From: the human T2T-CHM13v2.0 reference genome, Homo sapiens
Assembly (NCBI RefSeq): GCF_009914755.1
Contig: NC_060932.1
Strand: one strand, 5' to 3'
DNA: 64,000 nt
Shown: positions 13,036-30,259 of the stretch, piece after piece
How the letters are laid out: each line of letters begins with the position of its first letter
How positions within the stretch are numbered: position 1 is the stretch's first letter
The notes under the pieces: model-generated
Seen by the model: the letters and a program-made list of their open reading frames with translations, nothing else
Database searches by the model: none
What the model was told of the DNA's origin: nothing
Program-made: the position numbers and the translations under genes

Positions 13036-15302
13036 TGATTAAAAATAATATGACACATGACAGGTACAAGTTACATGAGAATTCCTTTGACATGTGAATG
13101 AATGGTTCTTTGAAGACAGAGTGCAGTAAATTCCAGTCTATAAAAGAGTTTTTTGAATAATATGATGACCAAACTTGTGTGTCCAGGGCAAAAGGAGGGT
13201 ACAAATAGACAGAATATGCAAGATAGAGAAATGCTGGAGTTAAGTCTCAGATATCTTTGAAGCAAGAGTTTCATCCTTAATTTGCTTGGTGGGCATGTGT
13301 TTCTTACATATAAGATTTTTATGTTTCTGAAGCCCAGAGGATAAGATGGAGAATTCAGCTCAGGGTTGGCCTAAGGGAGGGAGGTGAACTAGCGAGAAAG
13401 AAAAAGGTCCCATAAGACACCCCAGGAAGAACCAGACTACTGAGGAAGATTCAGACTGTTGAATATTATGTTAATGAAGACAACTGAGTCACTCTATGCC
13501 TAGTGTTTATTTCTTTTGTACTTAAAGATTCCAGTGTTTTCTAGTAAAAATAACATGTCTGTACTAAAGGGACAGGTTGGCAGGAGAAATCATTAATGGG
13601 AGATGGAGGATGGCCCTGGACTATGTGTGTGTGTCTCTGTCAAGTCGTGGTGGGAACCCAGGGGAAAGGCTTTATGTTTGTGCAGATTTTTTATTTTGAC
13701 TCATTCTATGTATTAAGAAATATGGAGAAGACTACAGGCATATTTTATCTTATAGGTTAAAAACAATGTAAATGACCTTAGAATGACTTTTGTGTGAGGA
13801 GCACTTTAAAAAAAAATAGAAATCTTTAGTATCCTTGAACCCCTAATGTGATTAGGTCTAATTGTGCTATCAGTATAAATATGAACAATCATGGCATTAG
13901 AAGCTGTAATTGCCTAATTATGACTTGCACTAATGTGATGATTTTTGTTAGATCTGAATCCTAACTAATAGGACTAGTCTGCCAAATCTGAAGTCAGAAA
14001 TAAAAGTCAAATCAAGTATTATTTTGTGTCCCTGGGTAAATTCACCAGTACAATTTCTCCATGAGCTAGAGACCCTGGACTTCTGGCTTTTCTCTGCTAT
14101 ATATCTTATACCATCCCACTCAGGATGTGGGCACCTGATCATTCAATTTAAGTCATTCGTGGATGACTACTAAAGGAAAATGGCAGTAAAGGTATTGAAT
14201 TAGTGTGGATTTTTATTAGCACAATATTTTATTATTCTTTAAAATTTTCCTAAGAGCTGATTAACATAAACTCTTTGCAGATTGAAATCAATCCTCTCAT
14301 CAGGTAACCAACATAAAAATAATCAGGGCATTCCTGAGGGATCACATATAAAACTGACAGAGGCAATGAAGTGTCCTGCCCACTTTCCAGCATGTTCCTT
14401 ATGATCACACTGCCTTCCTCCGTACCTGTTTTATCTCACCTGCCAATGTTTATTTGTTTCCTGGAGGAAAGTCTTACAAAGCACACTCCCTAAATATTAT
14501 TTGAAAGTCCAGATGTACAGGAACATTTATTTCTCAGCGAGTGAGTTGTCCACTAGTGCAAGAAGCAGAGGCAATAGTTCATCTCTCTCTGTCTTTGGAA
14601 AATTTGGTGACTAGCAGTTAACACTCATAGAGAGAAAACAATGATGTATAGAAAGTCCAGCGTGGAAGACTATATTTTCTCCACTTTCCTGGTCTATTTG
14701 TGATATTTTAGTTGCTTCAACAATGACTGAAATAAGACTGGTTATACACAAGGCTGACTGCTTGGAAGCATTCTTTGTTCCTGGGTTTTAGGTGTGTGAG
14801 TGTGATAGAAGACTCCTCAGAGATCCTCCATAATAAAACCATCTAGATGACAAACAGAATGATCTGTACAACAAATTCTGAATTATAATGGGTAAAATGA
14901 AAGCAAACTCCAGAGTATTTCTTTTTGTGTCCTACAGCATTAGATATTTTGTCTGGTAGCCACATACGCAAGACCCAATCTCGTTTCAGTCTAATAAATT
15001 ACATAAAGCTATTTTTGCAGTCAATTAGCATGCTGAATGTTTCAACTTCCACATGCGCATTCTCTTTCTTTTCTACAGTTTGTAAACTGCTGGAGAGGTG
15101 TGTTAACATTCTATTTCAATGTCACAGTGAGAGGAAGTGGTGATAATAGAAGGCAGGGGCAGGACATGTTGCTTTCTCGATACTTTTTTTTCTGTTTTTC
15201 TTTTTTCTTTTTTTTAAAGAGGTGGGACCTCTAAACAGATGAGTGTTAGCTCTAAGTAAAATATAGTTCTAAGCATCACAATTCTGTGCTTATATTTTAA
15301 TA

Positions 15303-15758
15303 GGTAGTTGGTGTTTCCTAGGGCGGCTATAAAGGTATCACAAGCTGAGTGGCTTAAAACAACATAAATTTATTTTCTTCCAGTTCTAGAGGTTAGAAAT
15401 CTGAAATCAAGGTGTTGGTAGGGCCATACTCTATCTGAAGGCTCTAGGGAAATTCCTCCATTGCCTCTTTCTAGTTTCTGGTGGTTGCAGGCTGTAGCTG
15501 ATGTTCTTTGGCTTATAGATGCCTCGCTCCAATTTCTGCCTCCATCTTCATGTGGTCATCTTCCTAGTGTCTCTGTGTCCAAATTTTCCTCTTCTTAGAA
15601 GCACACCCAATATTGGAATTGAGTTCACCCTAATTCATTATGACCTCATCTTAACTTTGTTACATTTTCAATGACTATTTCTAAATAAGGTCACATTCTG
15701 AGATACTGGGGGTTAGAACTTTCATGTCTTTTGGGGGAACAAAATTAAATCTGTAACA
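15303..15758 (-). mobile_element. MLT1B/C-like MaLR solo LTR
   Basis: 'gtggcttaaaacaacataaatttatt', 'atgacctcatcttaact', 'aataaggtcacattctgagatactgggggttag', ends 'taaca'. Confidence 0.85.
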
Positions 15759-16269
15759 AATGACAAAATGGAAAGTTTCATTCTTGCATTTGCTCAGAGA
15801 AGGGTCCCTAAGGGAATAGTTACCCATCAGATTTAGCAACTTTTTCCTAGAAGCCTCATGAGAGGGGTCAGGATGAATGCACCTGTTCTGCATATAAGGT
15901 AGGCAGCCACCCTCCAATATCATCAAATTCAACACTTTATAGTTAAAAAAAATTAGCCCAGAATCTTAAATAAGCTACAAAGTTTACAAACAACTAATGA
16001 TGAAGAGGCTGAGAGTGGATTCCACTGTTGCTTGATTTCTGGCCTGGAGTTCTTCCTTCCTGCTCACACTGTGGGGGCATGTTGAGGTGCACAATGCTTC
16101 TGTGGTTACCCAGTAGGACAGTGACAGCTTGGGATGCCTCCTGTCACACTGTGAATCTTGTGAAGTTACTTTTAGGCCACCTTGTGACTAGCCACTTCAA
16201 AGTCTTTAAAAGACAGGAGGTATAAATGAAATGAATAAAACAAGAGCTTAAGCTATTATCTCTCCTCTG

Positions 16270-16412
16270 GGGCATTTGCATTTTAATGGAGCAGCCTGGG
16301 CTCTGTCCCAGACCTATTGATTCATAATCTCCAAGGGAGAGTCCTGGGAGAATCTGTATTTTAGAGAGCATACCAGGTGACTCAGATAGTTGGGCATGTT
16401 TAGGAAACACTG
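16270..16412. mobile_element. MER5-like hAT-Charlie MITE remnant
   Basis: 'cagacctattgattcataatctc...gaatctgtatttt...ccaggtgactc...aaacactg'. Confidence 0.6.
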
Positions 16413-16727
16413 GCACAGAGAAATTCTGACTTCTGAAATAGTAAGAAAGAAATATTTACTGGAAGGATTTTAGGTAAGAGCCAGGTGGGGATGGTGGGGG
16501 AGGAAGGGAAGCTACTACTTGATGGCCTCCAAAAAACACGAGTCAGATGCATAATTCTGTATTCTTTGCCCAAAGTCTGAGGCCTGGTTTCTGCCCCAGG
16601 AGGAATTCAGAGGAAGCAGGTTTTCTGGGCTTGGAGTGTAGTATCCCTCTTAGGAGAAGCAAGAGAGATTTAGGATTGCTTATTTATTGCAGAACCCACG
16701 TCTTCTTGCAGATTGCAAAGCCAATTC

Positions 16728-17378
16728 TGAAACTGCCTTTGCAAAAATTAAAACAGTGAGGAAACTATGACAGTGAGGAGATCTGTCTAACTAACTCCCA
16801 TCTTGCCTTTTAACCTTCCAACTGCCCTTCATCACTCCTGGGCTCAGGCCACGCTAACTTCGAAAGACATTTATTTTGTAGTTTAAATGATAATAGCCCT
16901 TCTCCCAAACTAAACCACCTTGGTACAGCTGATAAAAGACAACCAGGTTAGGAGGATGAGCAATCTGAATTCTGCTCAGGTGTTGACCTAAAGGATTACC
17001 CACCATGATTCCAGAAGTCACAAGATTTGCAAATCCCCCAATTATTGCTGCAGATAACATCTCTGGAACTAAGATTGGCCTTTTGAGATGTTTTTTCAGG
17101 TGTTTGCATTTCTGATGACCAATAGCTTCACCTGGACCTCCCCACGCCCTCTGACCAGTCCTGTGGCCCCACCCAGAAGCGGACTCCCTGGCCCACCAAA
17201 CTATTATTGAAAAACCATAGCCTCCGAATTTTCTGGGAGATCGGTTTGAGTTATTACTCTGTCTCCCACATGGTGTGGCTGGCCTTGTGTCAATTAAACT
17301 CCTTCTTCATTGCAATGCTGTGGTCTCCTGAGTTGGTTTTGTCTATGCAGTGCAGGAAGAATCTGTTGGCTGGTTACA
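16728..17378 (+). mobile_element. LTR8/LTR8A-like ERV1 solo LTR
   Basis: Starts 'tgaaactgcctttgcaaaaatta', ends 'ggttaca'; near-TSD attc/attt. Confidence 0.8.
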
Positions 17379-17964
17379 ATTTTATATTAAGGGAGGGTAC
17401 CCAAGAGAAAATTCTAGCCCATTTCTATTGCTTCATTTTTCACATTGCATGCAGTCAGTGGTGATGTACTTTCTCTCTCTCTTTTTTTAGAGAGAGAGTT
17501 CCTTTTTTTTTTTTTTTAGAGAGTTCCTCATTACTTGTTTTGAACCTAAAGTTATAATTTAGTGTCTGTGACAGCACATTTGATTGTTTTTAAATGAAGG
17601 TGATAGGAAAGGCAGAAGAATGACTAGGGAAGAAAATCTGGAGAACAGATGACAAGATAACATTGCTTTTGATTCTCTGCAAACAAGCATGGTATTGAAA
17701 AATGATCCAAAATCGTTTGCTTGAGCACCACAGTTACTTTTGAGTAATATTTTTGTGAGATACTTTTAAATTTATTTTTTTGAAGTCTGGTGCTCTGAAA
17801 TTGAATTTGAAGTCAGCTTAATACCAAAGTGTGACACATTCTCTTTCAGCAGGCTTTACTGTATCTCACGTCTATTTAGTTTTTACAAATTTAGTTTTCA
17901 TGATTTCTGCATCTTTGGAATACAAATCCTGGGATGGTTTCTATCTGAATGGAGTCTTCAGTGA

Positions 17965-18267
<303 letters not shown>

Positions 18268-18378
18268 TTATATCTTCTGTCTTGATTAATTTTCTTCCTC
18301 TTTGGTAACACCTGTTGTCTCTTACGGACCAACCCTGTGCTAGGGCTGAGGCACAAGGAGCTCTAAGAACCAAGCTGT

Positions 18379-19436
<1,058 letters not shown>

Positions 19437-19699
19437 GGACCATGTTATTGCATCATTAAAAGTGAAGTATTATGCCCTATGTCAGGAGGGTAGAGGTGCA
19501 CAGATAAGGTCAGTGGACCCCAGTTAAGGGGGCAGGGAATACTTCCTGGAATAAATTACATTTGAGCTGAAACTTGAAGGATGTATTTAGGTGATGTAGA
19601 CAAGTGGTTGGAGCAGAGATCTCATCTGTACCCACATACTCCACCTTCCCTCTTGCTGCAATTGATTATCTACTCCCATGTAAGACAAGCCCTTGACTT

Positions 19700-20070
19700 A
19701 TACACTACCTCTCATCCTCTGATATTTTCAAGTAGCTCATTCTGCAGTTGGCTCTTCATCCTGCAGTGGCAATTTTTACTATTTACATGGTCTTTTGCAT
19801 AAACATGCAATATTTTCTTTCTTTGAAAGCAAAACAAAACTCCCTTAATCCACATTCACCTCCAGTATATGTCTCATTTTTCTGTTACTCTACAGCCAAA
19901 TTCCTTGAAATTGTTACTTATATTCACATCTCCATTTCTTTGCATTGCGTACTTCCTGAAGCTCATTGCAATTATAGTTTCATCCTTGCCATTTCACTGA
20001 AATCACTCTTGTCAAGGTCACCCACTGCCTCCCATAATGCCAGAGTGGTCAATTTTTAGTATCCTTACTG
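19700..20070 (+). mobile_element. L2 LINE fragment
   Basis: 'tttcactgaaatcactcttgtcaaggtcacc' and 'acagccaaattccttgaaa' resemble the L2 RT region. Confidence 0.65.
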
Positions 20071-21059
20071 TGCAACCAGCTCTCATGATTGTACCCAGTC
20101 AAATCTCTATAATAAATTATACATCTCTCTACAGACCTGGACTGAAACATTGCTATTTGGTGTTTTACCCTATTTAGAGCCAAAATATATTTTCATAAGA
20201 AGAAACTCACAGCTGTCACATGTAAGTAAGTTATAAACTGATTTCAGAATCTCCAATACAGAAAATAGTAACTTTAGTGTTCCTATTGTTTGGTACTCTA
20301 ATAATAATTAGAGAAAACTGAGAGTTTGGGATTATGTGACTACAGGAAATACCTGTAATTGCCAATTGGCTTCATAATAAGAAAATTGGCAGGGCTAAGA
20401 AGGCCCAGGGAATTAAGAATATAAATGTAGAGGTTAACATGGAGAACTACTTAGCATGAAAGAATATGGATGTTTCATTTAATTTTTTTCATATCAAAAA
20501 TCTCTCTTCTTGTACCAATTTCTGCTCATTGGCTTATAGCAGGTACAGTTCAGGGACTCTAGCATTGATTAGTATAAGTTCCTAATTTTCAGGTGAAGGC
20601 ACTGAGGCCCAGGAGAGTGAAGGGCTTGAGGTCAAACACCCATGAATGGAGAAGGCTTCTGGCCCCCTCCAATCCCCTCTGCATCTCACTAACAGGACTG
20701 GAAGCTGCTGAAACAGAGGTATTGGAAGCCCACAGATCATCAATATACAGTTTGAACTTGTAGTGAGGTAGACAAGAATAATTCATAGGGATGTATTATA
20801 GAGTAGGTAGAGAAGGCTGACTCCTGACAGTGGCATATTTGATAAAAATCCCCCCAAAGGCATTTAGTACCTGGTAGGCTAATGGCTCATGAGAGAAAAC
20901 ACAAGAAAGGAGATGATATGGGAGGGTGGGAAAGCCAATCTTTAGGTAAAAAATTACAAGTCGTCTTTAAACTATTTACTTTAAAAATTACTAGTTTTTC
21001 TGCTCTGCATGCTAATATGCTACTCTTTTTTTCTCAACTTTATTATTTCTCTTTGAATG

Positions 21060-21283
21060 TATATTAGTCCATTCTTACATTGCTATAAAGAAATATCGGA
21101 GACTAGGTAATTTATAAAGAAAAGAGGTTTAATTGCCTCATGGTTTCATAGGCTGTTTGGGTAGCATGGCTGGGGAGGCCTCAGGAAACTTTTAATCATG
21201 GTGGAAAGTGAAGGGGAAGTAGGGACGTCTTACATGACCAGAGCAGGAGGAAGAGAGAGAAGGGGGAGATGGTGCACACTTTT
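21060..21283 (-). mobile_element. MSTA-like MaLR LTR, part 1 (split by L1)
   Basis: 'tattagtccattcttacattgctataaagaaata...ggggaggcctcaggaaactt'; continues at 28665; 5-bp near-TSD gaatg/gaata around the whole LTR. Confidence 0.88.
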
Positions 21284-21553
21284 TTTTTTTTAAGCTTTGT
21301 ATCTAATTTGGCAATCTTATTCCAGTATTTTTCTTTTTCTTTTTTTTTTTATTATACTTTAAGTTCTAGGGTACATATGCACAATGTGCAGGTTTGTTAC
21401 ATATGTATACATGTGCCATGTTGGTGTGCTGCACCTATTACCTCGTCATTTACATTAGGTATATCTCCTAATGCTTTCCCTCCCCCCTCCCCCACCCCAT
21501 GACAGGCCCTGGTGTGTGATGTTCCCCTTCCTGTGTCCAAGTGTTCTCATTGT

Positions 21554-25068
<3,515 letters not shown>

Positions 25069-25131
25069 TATGATGTTAGCTGGCTATTTTGCTTGTTAGT
25101 TAATGCAGTTTCTTCCTAGCATCAGTGGTCT

Positions 25132-26148
25132 TTACAATTTGTCATGTTTTTGCAGTCGCTGGTACCAGTTGTTCCTTTCCATGTTTAGTGCTTCCTTCAG
25201 GAGCTCTTTTAGGGCAGGCCTGGTGGTGACAAAATCTCTCAGCATTTGCTTCTCTGTAAAGAATTCTGTTTCTCCTTCACTTATGAAGCTTAGTTTGGCT
25301 GGATATGAAATTCTGGTTTGAAAATTCTTTTCTTTAAGAATGTTGAATATTGGCCCCACTCTCTTCTGGCTTCTAGAGTTTCTGCCAAGAGATCTACTGT
25401 TAGTCTGAAGGGTTTCCCTTTGTGGGCAACCCGACCTTTCTCTCTGGCTGCCCTTAACATTTTTTCCTTCATTTCAACTTTGGTGAATCTGACAATTACG
25501 TTTCTTGGAGTTGCTCTTCTCAAGGAGTATCTTTGTGGCGTTCTCTGTATTTCCTGAATTTGAATGTTGGCCTGCCTTGCTAGGTTGGGGAAGTTCTCCT
25601 GGATAATACCCTGCAGAGTGTTTTCCAACTTGGTTCCATTCTCCCCATCACTTTCAGGTACACCAATCAGATGTAGATTTGGTCTTTTCACATAGTCCCA
25701 TATTTCTTGAAGGCTTTGTTTGTTTCTTTTTACTCTTTTTTCTCTAGACTTCTCTTCTCACTTCATTTCATTCATTTGATCCTCAGTCACTGATATCCTT
25801 TGTTCCAGTTGATCGAATCAGCTACTGAAGCTTGTGCATTCATTACATAGTTCTCATGCCATGTTTTTCAGCTCCATCACGTCATTTAAGGACTCCTCTA
25901 CATTGGTTATTCTAGTTAGCCATTCGTCTAATCTTTTTTCAAGGTTTTTAGCTTTTTTTGCAATGCGTTCTAACTTCCTCCTTTAGCTTGGAGAAGTTTG
26001 ATCTTCTGAAGCCTTCTTCTTTCAACTCGTCAAAGTCATTCTCCATCCAGCTTTGTTCCATTGCTGGTGAGGAACTGTGTTCCTTTGGAGAGGGAGAGGC
26101 GCTCTGATTTTTAGAATTTTCAGCGTTTCTGCTCTGTTTTTTCCCCAT
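25132..26148 (-). pseudogene. Disrupted L1 ORF1
   Basis: MGKKQSRNAENSKNQ... and KRPNLHLIGVPE... in different frames. Confidence 0.92.
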
Positions 26149-26723
26149 CTTTGTGGTTTTATCTACCTTTGGTCTTTGATGATGGTGACGTACAGATGGG
26201 GTTTTGGTGTGGATGTCCTTTCTGTTTCTTAGTTTTCCTTCTAACAGTTAGGGTCCTCAGCTGCAGGTCTGTTGGAGTTTACTGGAGGTCCACTCCAGAC
26301 CCTGTTTGCCTGGATATCAGCAGTGGAGGCTGCAGAACAGTGAATATTGCTGAACAGCAAATGTTGCTGCTTGATTGTTCCTCTGGAAGCTTCATCTCAG
26401 AGGGGTACCTGGCTGTGTGAGGTGTCAGTCTGCCCCTACTGGGGAGTGTCTCCCAGTTAGGCTACTCAGGGTTCAGGGACCCACTTGAGGAGGCAGTCTG
26501 TCTGTTCTCAGATCTCAAACTCCATTCTGGGAGAACCACTACTCTCTTCAAAGCTGTCAGACAGGGACATTTAAGTCTGCAGAGGTTTCTGCTGCCTTTT
26601 GTTTGGCTGTGCCCTGCCCCCAGAGGTGGCATCTACAGAGGCAGGCAGGCCTCCTTGAGCTGCGGTGAGCTCCACCCAGTTCGAGCTTCCTGGCTGCTTT
26701 GTTTACCTGCTCAAGCCTCAGCA

Positions 26724-26900
26724 ATGGTGGGCGCCCCACCCCCAGCCTCACTGCAGCCTTGCAGTTTGATCTCAGACTGCTGTGCTAGCAATGAAGGGGG
26801 CTCCGTGGGCATGGGACCCTCTGAGCCATGTGTGGGATATAATCTCCTGGTGTGCCGTTTGCTAAGACCGTTGGAAAAGGGCAATATTAGTGAGAGGTGA
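26724..26900 (+). pseudogene. L1 antisense ORF0 homologue truncated by LTR12C
   Basis: MVGAPPPASLQPCSLISDCCASN... matches the ORF0 N-terminus; terminates at a TGA 8-10 nt inside the LTR. Confidence 0.7.
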
Positions 26901-28371
26901 CAGCATGCTGGCAGCCCTCACAGCCCTCGCTGGCTCTCAGCACCTCCTCTGCCTGGGCTCCCACTTTGGCAGCACTTGAGGAGCCCTTCAGCCCACCGCT
27001 GCACTGTGGGAGCCCCTTTCTGGGCTGGCCAAGGCTGGAGCCGGCTCCCTCAGCTTGCAGGGAGGTGTGGAAGGAGAGGTGCGAGCGGCAACCAGGGCTG
27101 CACAGGGTGCTTACGGGCCAGCTGGAGTTCTGGGTGGGCATGGGCTTGGTGGGCCCTGCCAGAGGGCCCTCTCAGAGTGGCCACCTGGCCCTGCCAGCCC
27201 TGGGGAATGAGGAGCTTAGCACCCGGACCAGCGGCTGCGCAGGGTGTGCTGGGTCCCCCAGCAGTGCCAGCCCACCAGTGCTGTGCTCGATTTCTCTCCA
27301 GGCCTTAGCTGCCTTCCTGTGGGGCAGGGCTCGGGACCTGCAGCCCGCCATGCCTGAGTCCCGCCCCCACCCCCACGGGCTCCTGTGCAGCCTGAGCCTC
27401 CCCGACGAGCGCTGCCCACTGCTCCATGGTGCCCAGTCCCATCGACCACCCAAGGGCTGAGGAGTGTGGGCGCACAGCACAGGACTGGCAGGCAGCTCCA
27501 CCAGCAGCCCCAGTGCGAGATCCACTGGGTGAGGCCAGCTGGGCTCCTGTGTCTAGTGGGAACTTGGAGAACCTTTATGTCTAGCTAAGGGATTGTAAAT
27601 ACACCAATCAGCACTCTGTCTCTAGCTCAAGGTTTGTAAACACACCAATCAGCACCCTGTGTCTAGCTCAGGTTTTGTGAATACACCAATCGACACTCTG
27701 TGTCTAGCTACTCTGGTGGGGACTTGGAAAACTTTTATGTCTAGCTAAGAGATTGTAAATAACACCAATCGACACTCTGTATCTAGCTACTCTGGTGGGG
27801 ACTTGGAGAACCTTTGTGTCCAGCTCAGGGATTTTAAACACACCAATCAGCACCCTGTCAAAACAGACCACTCGGCTCTCTGTAAAATGGACCAATCAGC
27901 AGGATGTGGGTGGGGCCAGATAAGAGAATAAAAGCAGGCTGCCCGAGCCAGCAGTGGCAACCGGCTGGGGTCCCCTTCCACACTGTGGAAGCTTTGTTCT
28001 TTCGCTCTTTGAAATAAATCTTGCTGCTGCTCAATCTTTGGGTACACACTGCCTTTATGAGCTGTAACACTCACTGTGAAGGTCTGCAGCTTCACTCCTG
28101 AAGCCAGCAAGACCATGAACCCACCGGGAGGAATGAACAACTCCAGACGCGCCACCTTAAGACCCGTAACACTCACCGCAAAGGTCTGCAGCTTCACTCC
28201 TGAGCCAAAGAGACCACGAACCCACCAGAAGGAAGAAACTCTGAACACATCCGAACATCAGAAGGAACAGACTCCAGACGATCCACCTTAAGAGCTGTAA
28301 CACTCACCGTGAAGGTCCGCGGCTTCATTCTTGAAGTCAGTGAGACTAAGAACCCACCAATTCCGGACACA
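26891..28371 (+). mobile_element. LTR12C-like (ERV9) solo LTR
   Basis: 'tgagaggtgacagc' to 'ccaattccggacaca', exact 4-bp TSD TTAG (26887-26890 and 28372-28375), GC-rich U3, tandem CCAAT repeats. Confidence 0.93.
27595..27935 (+). promoter_or_regulatory. ERV9 LTR enhancer/promoter: six CCAAT (NF-Y) boxes, a GC/GT box and an AATAAAA TATA-like box
   Basis: CCAATC six times between about 27603 and 27897, then 'gggtggggccagataagagaataaaagc'; activity not shown by sequence. Confidence 0.65.
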
Positions 28372-28664
28372 TTAGGGTGTGAGTGACCCGATTTTCCAGG
28401 TGCTGTCTGTCACCCTTTTCCTTGGCTAGGAAAGGGAATTCCCTGACCCCTTGTGCTTCCCGGGTGAGGCAATGCCTCGCCCTGCTTTGGCTCACACTTG
28501 GTGTGCTGCACCCACTGTTCTGCCCCCACTGACTGACGAGCCCCAGTGAGATGAACCCAGCACCTTAGTTGGAAATGCAGAAATCATCCGTCTTCTGCGT
28601 TGCTCACACTGGGAGCTGTAGACTGGAGCTGTTTCTATTTGGCCATCTTGGAACCACCTTCCCA

Positions 28665-28839
28665 ATAGTACACATTTTTAAACAACCAGATCTCATGAGA
28701 ACTCACTCACTATCATGAGAACAGCAAGGGGGAAATCAGCCCCCATGATCTAGTCACCTCCCAACAGGTCCCTCCTCCAACATTGGGGATTATAATTTGA
28801 CATGAAATATTGGTGGGGACACAAATCCAAACCATATTA
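28665..28839 (-). mobile_element. MSTA-like LTR, part 2
   Basis: 'aaacaaccagatctcatgagaactcactcactatcatgagaacagcaagggg...ccaaaccatatta'. Confidence 0.88.
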
Positions 28840-30259
28840 GAATATATGCACAGGAAATGGCCTAAAGATGTCATATGCCCTTGGTTTTACTTAGAGTTTG
28901 AAAATCAGGTTATGAGGTCACTTATTTCAGACAGTAGTTCACATTATTTAACTATCCTCTGTCACTTTTAGAGTTTTTATTTTATTAAAGGCTTTAATTG
29001 GTAATACTCATTTCTTTTTCTTTTATTAGCATTGATTTTACTTTCTGTAGAAATACAGAAAGCATTTTCAAATGCTAATTTTATTATGTCTGTATCTGGT
29101 AGAAGATTCAAAACATTGCTCCAAAAACACTTGGCAGCAAATTCCCCATTCACTGGCAACCTGAAATGTAAGTTTATTGAGCATGAATGATAATTCGTTA
29201 TCAGATGTAAGTCTTGGCTCTAATTACAAGATGCTTGTAGTCCAACATGTAGTCTAACACCTTATACTCTGATCAAGTATAAGAAAGAGGCCAATTTACT
29301 AGTAGAAATTGCAACAATGAATAGGAAAAAAATGTACGCTGCAAAGCAGAGCACTGTGAGAGAAGAATGTATGGTATATTCATAGTGGTTGAGGGGGAGA
29401 GGATTAATAGCTTTTGGACATATTACAGAATGTTAATTACATGCAAAACAAAATAGTTCTGTATAGGGAAGTGTGAATGCTGTACATAGCATGTGACTAG
29501 CTTGCATTTAATGGGGAAAAGAATTTAACTAGATAATTAGTATATATCAAATGCAATTTATGTGTCAGACATCATGCTATTTATGTATTTTACACAATTA
29601 TTATCAAAATGTAATACATTACCAATGACTAGAAATAATAGTTGAAGAATAAGAATAGTTTCATAAAAAGTGTAGGATAATTGAATCAGAGAGAGACATT
29701 CAGAGAAGAAAAACGTTATGAAAAATTTTAAGTAGTAGTTTGAAGGAAGAAAAAAGAGTTTTCCAAAAAGAAAATGTCTGGAAATATAAAGCAATTCAAA
29801 ATTTGAGAAGCAGAGGTTTTGCTTTAGTAAGGAGAGGGTAAATAGATATGGCTGGTAGAGTGTAGACTGTGACCAGAGCAGCGATTCTCTTGGCTTATAA
29901 GAGGAAACTGCTGGGTAATCCCAAAGGGCCTTGAATTGTTGATGAAATGTAAGTTCTTTGTGGAGTTAATTTTGGTCAAACATTGACCAAAATGTTTATA
30001 AATTTCCTTTTTTCGTGGTAAAATAAAATTGTCTTATGATTGCTTCTTGAGTGAATTTTTAAGGATATTAAAAGTTGGTATTCCTTAAAAGTTAACCTTT
30101 TACGGTTAATAAACTATTGCTATAGTTTATTATGGTCTTTGATTCATTTTTCTACTAGGTTACTTGAGACTGCTACACAACATCAAAAAAATTCTAATGC
30201 ACATGGGCACAGGTTTATTGTTTGAATTCCCATAAAAATTTAAAACATCACTGAAATGG

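Noticed and set aside
26887-28291. Cluster of overlapping ORFs up to 187 aa
   Set aside because: All lie in the GC-rich LTR12C, where stops are rare; no protein signature
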